Source: Betaproteobacteria bacterium (GTDB taxonomy: Bacteria; Pseudomonadota; Gammaproteobacteria; Burkholderiales; SG8-39). From it: a DNA stretch of 64,000 nucleotides. The first letter of the stretch is position 1; the number at the start of each line of letters is the position of its first letter. Made by a program: the position numbers and the translations under genes. The stretch lies in assembly GCA_016177575.1 (NCBI GenBank), contig JACOVA010000030.1, positions 6,054 to 70,053 of the forward strand. Direction: 5' to 3'. Positions 59,166 to 64,000 of this stretch are shown in pieces. The notes under the pieces were generated by a model. That model saw only the letters and a list, made by a program, of their open reading frames with translations, did not search any database and had not been told where the DNA came from.

Positions 59166-60098
59166 TCAGCTGCCGAGCAGTTGCCCGGCCTTGATGCTGC
59201 CCGCGCCGGTAAGCTCGCCCGCGGCGACCTTCTTGCCCTCGCCGAGCTTGGCGCGCAGCACCTCGATGCGGCCGCCCTGCGTGGTCACCTGGAAACTCGC
59301 GGCGCCGGCCTCGACGACCTCGCCGATCTTTCCCTTCACGGCGCCGAAGCTGCGCACCGGATGCTTCCTGCAGTCGAAGATCTGCAGCTTCGTCCCGTTC
59401 AGCGTGGTCCAGGCGCCCGGCGCGGGATTGCTGCCCCGGATCAGGTTGTAGACGACGTCGACGTGGTTCGCCCAATTGACGCGCGCCTCGGCGTCGCGGA
59501 ACCAGCCTTCGTAGCTCGCCAGCGATTCGTCCTGCGCCAGCTCGCGCTGCCTTCCGGAGACGACCATGTCCGCGGCCTCGAGCATGGCCTGCACGCCCAT
59601 CGGAAAGAGGCGGTCGAAATACAACGTCCCGAGCGTGTCGTCGGGGCCGATGCGGGTCTCCTTCTGCAGCACCACCGGGCCCTCGTCCAGGCCGTCGGTG
59701 GGGCGGAAGATGGTCAGCCCGGTTTTCGTGTCGCCGCGGGTAATCGGCCAGTTGATCGAGCTCGGGCCGCGGTATTTCGGCAGCAGCGACGGGTGGTACT
59801 GGATGGTGCCGTGCTTCGGGATGCCGACGAAATCCTGCGGCGCGAACTGCAGCACGAAAGCCATGATGCCGAGCTCTGCGCCCAGATCGCGCATCGCCTT
59901 TTTCGCGTCATCGCTCTTCAGGGAAGCAAACTGAAAAACCTTGATCCCCTTCTCCTGCGCCGCAAGCTTGAGCGCATCGGGCCGCGCGCCCGGCTTCTCC
60001 GGCGCGCAGAACACCCCCGCCACCTCGTCGCCGCGCGCGAGGAAAGCCTCGAGCACGGCCTTGCCGAAATCCTGCTGCCCTACGATCGCGACCCTCAT
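59166..60098 (-). CDS. Formyltransferase-family protein (Fmt-like N- and C-domains)
   Basis: The ATG shares 1 nt with the frc stop (TGATGA). MRVAIVGQQDFG, and HPSLLPKYRGPSSINWPI, which matches the formyltransferase HxSLLPxxRG motif. It also has a C-terminal Fmt-like beta-barrel domain. Confidence 0.8.
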   Translation of the reverse strand: MRVAIVGQQDFGKAVLEAFLARGDEVAGVFCAPEKPGARPDALKLAAQEKGIKVFQFASLKSDDAKKAMRDLGAELGIMAFVLQFAPQDFVGIPKHGTIQYHPSLLPKYRGPSSINWPITRGDTKTGLTIFRPTDGLDEGPVVLQKETRIGPDDTLGTLYFDRLFPMGVQAMLEAADMVVSGRQRELAQDESLASYEGWFRDAEARVNWANHVDVVYNLIRGSNPAPGAWTTLNGTKLQIFDCRKHPVRSFGAVKGKIGEVVEAGAASFQVTTQGGRIEVLRAKLGEGKKVAAGELTGAGSIKAGQLLGS

Positions 60099-61369
60099 CA
60101 CGCCGCCTTTTTGGGCGGGACCGAGAACGCCCCGGCGTTCTTCAGCGAAGCGATCTTCGCCTCCTCGTAGCCGAGCACGTCCTTGAGGATCTCCTCCGTG
60201 TGCTCGCCGAGCAGCGGCGAGCGCTCGATGCGGGCGGGAGAGTCGGAAAGCTTGATCGGCATGCCGACGTTCCACCATTTTCCGCGCTGCGGGTGGTCGA
60301 GCTCGACCCACATGTCGCGCCCGCGCACGTGCTCGTCGTGGGTGAGATCCTCGGTGCCCATGACCGGACCGCAGGGCACCTCGAGCGGGTTGAGGATCGC
60401 CATCAGTTCGCGCTTGGTGTATTTCTCGGCGAACTTGTTGAGGAGCGTCCACATGAGCTGCTGATTGTTGCGCCGGTCCGCGATCGAGGCGAGCCGAGGG
60501 TCGCTCGCCATGTCGGGCATCCCGACCTCGCGGCCGATACGTTTGGCAAGCGCCCCCCATACGGCTTCCTGCACCACCACGTAGAGCCAGTCGTTCGCGC
60601 CGTGCGGCTTGCAGTGGATGGCGTTGCCGAGCTGCCCCCCGCCCGAGTCGTTGCCGGCGCGCGGCACGTCGCCAATGCCCTGGTAGGTGGGCACCGAATA
60701 TTCCGGCAGCGGGCCGCGCGTGAGGCGCTGGTGATCGCGGAACTTGACCCGGCACAGGTTCATGATGCCGTCCATCATCGCCACCTCGACGTACTGGCCC
60801 TTGCCGGTGCGGTCGCGCTGGCGCAGCGCGGCAAGCAGGCCGATCGCGAGGTGCAGCCCGGTGCCGGTGTCGCCGATCTGCGCACCCGTGACGAACGGCG
60901 GGCCGTCGGGCACGCCGGTGGTGCTCATCGCGCCGCCCATGGCCTGAGCGACGTTCTCGTAAGCCTTGAAATCGGCGTACGGACCGCTCGAGCCGAAACC
61001 CTTGATCGACCCCATCACGATCTTCGGGTTGAGCTCGCGGATCCTCTCCCAGCTGAAGCCGAAGCGGTCCAGCACGCCGGGGCCGAAGTTCTCCATGACG
61101 ATGTCGCACTTCTTCAGCAGGTCGACGAACACCTGCTTGCCCTCGGCGGTCTTCATGTTGACCGTGATCGAGCGCTTGTTGCAGTTGAGCATCGTGAAAT
61201 ACAGGCTGTCGGCGTTCGGCACGTCGCGCAGCTGTCCCCGCGTCGCGTCGCCCGCGGGATTCTCGAACTTGATCACCTCGGCCCCCATCCACGCCAGCAG
61301 CTGCGAGCAGGTCGGCCCTGCCTGCACGTGCGACATGTCGAGGATGCGGACTCCTTTGAGCGCTTCCAT
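60098..61369 (-). CDS. frc: Formyl-CoA:oxalate CoA-transferase (family III CoA-transferase)
   Basis: MEALKGVRILDMSHVQAGPTCSQLLAWMGAEVIKFE and overall colinearity with Frc. The adjacent gene is oxc. Confidence 0.92.
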   Translation of the reverse strand: MEALKGVRILDMSHVQAGPTCSQLLAWMGAEVIKFENPAGDATRGQLRDVPNADSLYFTMLNCNKRSITVNMKTAEGKQVFVDLLKKCDIVMENFGPGVLDRFGFSWERIRELNPKIVMGSIKGFGSSGPYADFKAYENVAQAMGGAMSTTGVPDGPPFVTGAQIGDTGTGLHLAIGLLAALRQRDRTGKGQYVEVAMMDGIMNLCRVKFRDHQRLTRGPLPEYSVPTYQGIGDVPRAGNDSGGGQLGNAIHCKPHGANDWLYVVVQEAVWGALAKRIGREVGMPDMASDPRLASIADRRNNQQLMWTLLNKFAEKYTKRELMAILNPLEVPCGPVMGTEDLTHDEHVRGRDMWVELDHPQRGKWWNVGMPIKLSDSPARIERSPLLGEHTEEILKDVLGYEEAKIASLKNAGAFSVPPKKAA

Positions 61370-61385
61370 TCTGATCTCCAGAAAC

Positions 61386-63143
61386 CTATTTTTTCTTCGC
61401 CGCCGGGTTCAAGCTCGTAATGCGGCCGCTCTCGGTGCCGGCGGTTTCGTCGATCGCGGCATTGACGAGCGTGGGCTTGCGCGAGCGTACGGCTTCCTCC
61501 ATCGCCTGGCGCAGCTCCGCCGGGGTCGTGGCGTGCGCGCCCACCCCGCCGAAGGCCTCCATCAGCCTGTCGTAGCGTGCGCCCTTGACGAACACCGTCG
61601 GTGCCACATCGGCGCCGCCGGTCGGATTGACATCCGTGCCGCGGTAAACGCCACTGTTGTTGAAAATGACCACGCACACCGGCAGGTTGTAGCGGCAGAT
61701 CGTCTCCACTTCCATGCCGGAGAAGCCGAAGGCGCTGTCACCCTCGATCGCGATCACCTGCTCGCCACTGACCACCGCGGCCGCGACGGCAAAGCCCATG
61801 CCGATGCCCATCACGCCCCAGGTGCCGACGTCCAGGCGCTTGCGCGGCTTGTACATGTCGACGATGCTGCGCGTGAAGTCGAGCGCGTTGGCGCCTTCGT
61901 TGACCAGCATCGTATCCGGGTTGGCCTTGACGATGTCGCGCACCACGGCGAGCGCGCTGTGGAAACTCATCGGCGCAGTATTCTTCGCCAGCGTCTCCGC
62001 CATCCTGGCGATGTTCCTGGTCCTGCGCTCGTTGATGGCATTCAGCCAGTCCGCGGGCGGTTTCGGCCAGGTCGAACCGATCCCGGCGAGCAGGGCCGAT
62101 ACGCAGGAGCCGATGTCGCCGACCACCGGCGCATCGATGCGCACGTTGCTGTCCGCCTCCTGCGGCGAGATGTCGATCTGGATGAACCTCTGGCCGCCCC
62201 AGTTCTTGTGGCTCTTGCCGCCCCAGGTCTTGCCCTTGCCGTGCGAGAGCAGCCAGTTGAGGCGTGCGCCGATCAGCATCACCACGTCGGCCTCGGGCAG
62301 CACGTAGGAGCGGGCCGCAGCCGCGGACTGCTCGTGCGTATCGGGCAGCAGGCCCTTGGCCATGGACATCGGCAGGTAGGGAATGCCGGTCTTCTCCACC
62401 AGCGCGCCGATGTCCGCGTCCGCTTGCGCGTATGCCGCGCCCTTGCCGAGGATGACCAGCGGACGCTTGGCGCTCCCAAGCAGCTGCAGGGCGCGCTGCA
62501 CCGCTTCCGGGGCCGGAATCTGGCGCGGCGCCGGGTCGACTACCTGGATCAACGATCCCTTCCCCGCTGCCGCATCCAGGGTCTGGGCGAAAATCTTGCC
62601 CGGCAGGTCGAGATAGACCCCGCCCGGCCGCCCGGAGACGGCGGCGCGGATGGCGCGCGCGATGCCCACGCCGATGTCCTCGGCGTGCAGCACGCGGAAG
62701 GCGGCCTTGCACAGGGGCTTGGCGATGGCGAGCTGGTCCATCTCCTCGTAGTCGCCCTGCTGCAGGTCGACGATCTCGCGCTCGCTGGAGCCGCTGATCA
62801 GGATCATCGGGAAGCAGTTGGTGGTAGCGTTGGCGAGCGCCGTCAGGCCGTTGAGGAAGCCGGGGGCGGACACCGTCAGGCAGATGCCCGGCTTTTGCGT
62901 CATGAAGCCGGCGATGGCCGCGGCGTTGCCGGCGCTCTGCTCGTGACGGAACGAAATCACGCGCATGCCCGCGGCCTGCGCCATGCGGGTGAGGTCGGTA
63001 ATCGGGATACCGGGCAGGCCGAAGATCGTGTCGATGCCATTGAGCCTGAGGGCATCGATGACCAGGTGAAAGCCGTCGGTCACCTGCGATTGCGCATCGG
63101 CTGTCACGTTGGCGGTAGCGACTTGAGGTTCGACGGTGCCCAT
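61386..63143 (-). CDS. oxc: Oxalyl-CoA decarboxylase (ThDP-dependent)
   Basis: ThDP enzyme layout with [24 protein letters not shown] and [14 protein letters not shown]. It is paired with frc. Confidence 0.92.
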   Translation of the reverse strand: MGTVEPQVATANVTADAQSQVTDGFHLVIDALRLNGIDTIFGLPGIPITDLTRMAQAAGMRVISFRHEQSAGNAAAIAGFMTQKPGICLTVSAPGFLNGLTALANATTNCFPMILISGSSEREIVDLQQGDYEEMDQLAIAKPLCKAAFRVLHAEDIGVGIARAIRAAVSGRPGGVYLDLPGKIFAQTLDAAAGKGSLIQVVDPAPRQIPAPEAVQRALQLLGSAKRPLVILGKGAAYAQADADIGALVEKTGIPYLPMSMAKGLLPDTHEQSAAAARSYVLPEADVVMLIGARLNWLLSHGKGKTWGGKSHKNWGGQRFIQIDISPQEADSNVRIDAPVVGDIGSCVSALLAGIGSTWPKPPADWLNAINERRTRNIARMAETLAKNTAPMSFHSALAVVRDIVKANPDTMLVNEGANALDFTRSIVDMYKPRKRLDVGTWGVMGIGMGFAVAAAVVSGEQVIAIEGDSAFGFSGMEVETICRYNLPVCVVIFNNSGVYRGTDVNPTGGADVAPTVFVKGARYDRLMEAFGGVGAHATTPAELRQAMEEAVRSRKPTLVNAAIDETAGTESGRITSLNPAAKKK

Positions 63144-63241
63144 GCGGGACTCCCTCGGAAATGGTCGAAAATGATAGTAAGCGCCACCCGCAGGCGACCT
63201 TGACTGCGGTCAAGCTTTTTCAGTCTAATCAACGGCTCCGC

Positions 63242-63853
63242 ATGACCGCCATCGCCAATCACCCACAGCGCAACACGATTCGCATGCAGCTGCGCCAGAA
63301 CCTGCTCCTGCGCGACCTGCAGGCGGGGCAATGGGAGGCGCTGGAGCCCCTGCTGGCGGTGGTCGAGTACCGCAAGGGCGATCCGCTGGTGCGCCAGGGC
63401 GACGAGGAGATGGAGCAGATCTTCATCCTCGAGGGAATGGTCAAGCGCGTGGTCTCGAACCCCGAGGGGCACGAGATGATCCTGCGCTTCGCCGCCGAGA
63501 CGGAGATGGATACGTCGTACGCGGCGTGGCGCCTGCGCACGCCGACGCCCTACTCGATCGTCGCCGTGACCAAGGTGCGCGTGGCCGAGCTGCCGATGCC
63601 GCTGTGGGCCGAGTTCCTCGAGCGCTACCCCGAGATCAAATCGCGCTTCGAGTACGACCTGATGAAGCTGATGTCGGAGGTAATGGCGCATACCATCACG
63701 CTGCACCTGCTCGACGCCCCGGGGCGGCTGTCGCGCTTTCACCGCAAGCACCCGGACCTCGCCGCGCGCATCCCGAAGAAGGAGCTCGCCGCCTACCTCA
63801 ACCTGACGCCCGAGACGCTCTCGCGCCTGAAGCAGAAGCTCGGCCGGGCCTAG
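63242..63853 (+). CDS. Crp/Fnr-family transcriptional regulator
   Basis: I chose the start at ATG 63242. An N-terminal cNMP-binding-like beta-barrel (GDPLVRQGDEEMEQIFILEGMVK). A C-terminal HTH KKELAAYLNLTPETLSRLKQKL. It is divergent from oxc. Confidence 0.8.
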   Translation: MTAIANHPQRNTIRMQLRQNLLLRDLQAGQWEALEPLLAVVEYRKGDPLVRQGDEEMEQIFILEGMVKRVVSNPEGHEMILRFAAETEMDTSYAAWRLRTPTPYSIVAVTKVRVAELPMPLWAEFLERYPEIKSRFEYDLMKLMSEVMAHTITLHLLDAPGRLSRFHRKHPDLAARIPKKELAAYLNLTPETLSRLKQKLGRA

Positions 63854-64000
63854 GCGCTGCGCAGCCGCGCCAGCACCCACGGAACGAGCGGCCAGAAGAG
63901 CATCACCAGGGCAAGCACCGTCATGCCACCGACCAGCGCATTGGCGAAGAATATCGACAATCCGCCCTGCGACATGATCATCGCCTGGCGGAACGACGCC
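63850..64000 (-). CDS. C-terminal 49 codons of a membrane protein; the gene continues beyond the window
   Basis: The minus-strand translation ASFRQAMIMSQGGLSIFFANALVGGMTVLALVMLFWPLVPWVLARLRSA ends at a TAG that overlaps the Crp/Fnr stop. Hydrophobic, with native codon bias. Family unknown. Confidence 0.3.
   Translation of the reverse strand, partial: ASFRQAMIMSQGGLSIFFANALVGGMTVLALVMLFWPLVPWVLARLRSA

Noticed and set aside
60966-63203. 745-aa plus-strand ORF antisense to frc and oxc; similar cases at 14620-16851, 16661-18709, 18178-19962, 54982-56409 and 58410-60170
   Set aside because: All lie opposite strongly recognisable genes and show Arg/Ala/Gly-rich composition. I treated them as non-coding shadows.

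Overview
A 64-kb, gene-dense, high-GC proteobacterial chromosome segment. The protein signatures and the pepA-holC-valS arrangement suggest a beta- or gammaproteobacterium, which is an inference. I call about 52 CDS. I saw no rRNA, tRNA, CRISPR array, transposase or integrase.

Layout:
(1) 1-10.3 kb is a housekeeping block: pepA (partial), holC, valS, a two-domain PPK2, a ChrB-like protein, a BepA-like M48 protease and moaC.
(2) 10.4-24.4 kb is a single 13-gene plus-strand string with no gap over 20 nt. It holds a MacAB-type tripartite pump, galE, a GH43 lipoprotein, a Wzm/Wzt ABC glycan exporter, three methyltransferases, an AsnB-like amidotransferase and two glycosyltransferases.
(3) 24.4-34.1 kb holds a WbsX-like protein, a Zn-ribbon methyltransferase and a lipid-carrier-type glycosylation cassette: two GT-C-like membrane proteins, two GT2, GtrA and an FAD oxidoreductase.
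(4) 34.2-48.9 kb is the most unusual part. Five ORFs carry six TPR-fused GT-B modules (four GT41/OGT-like, two GT9-like). They surround an orphan type IV pilin gene with a sigma-54 promoter, an FkbM methyltransferase and a small unknown ORF.
(5) 48.9-58.9 kb is a minus-strand second-messenger and phospho-signalling operon: PP2C, FHA, CHASE2 class III cyclase, class II cNMP phosphodiesterase, a cNMP-binding/rhodanese protein, a GAF-fused GspE/PilB-type ATPase and a GAF-HD-GYP protein. It runs without a break into one TPR-GT41 gene.
(6) 59.2-64 kb holds an oxalate catabolism operon (oxc-frc plus a coupled Fmt-like formyltransferase), a divergent Crp/Fnr regulator and a partial membrane-protein gene.

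The best candidate for an undescribed system is the TPR-glycosyltransferase island around pilA, together with the nucleotide-signalling/orphan-ATPase operon physically coupled to it.

All family assignments come from motif recognition by eye. No database search was run. Many long antisense ORFs in the track are GC-content artefacts.
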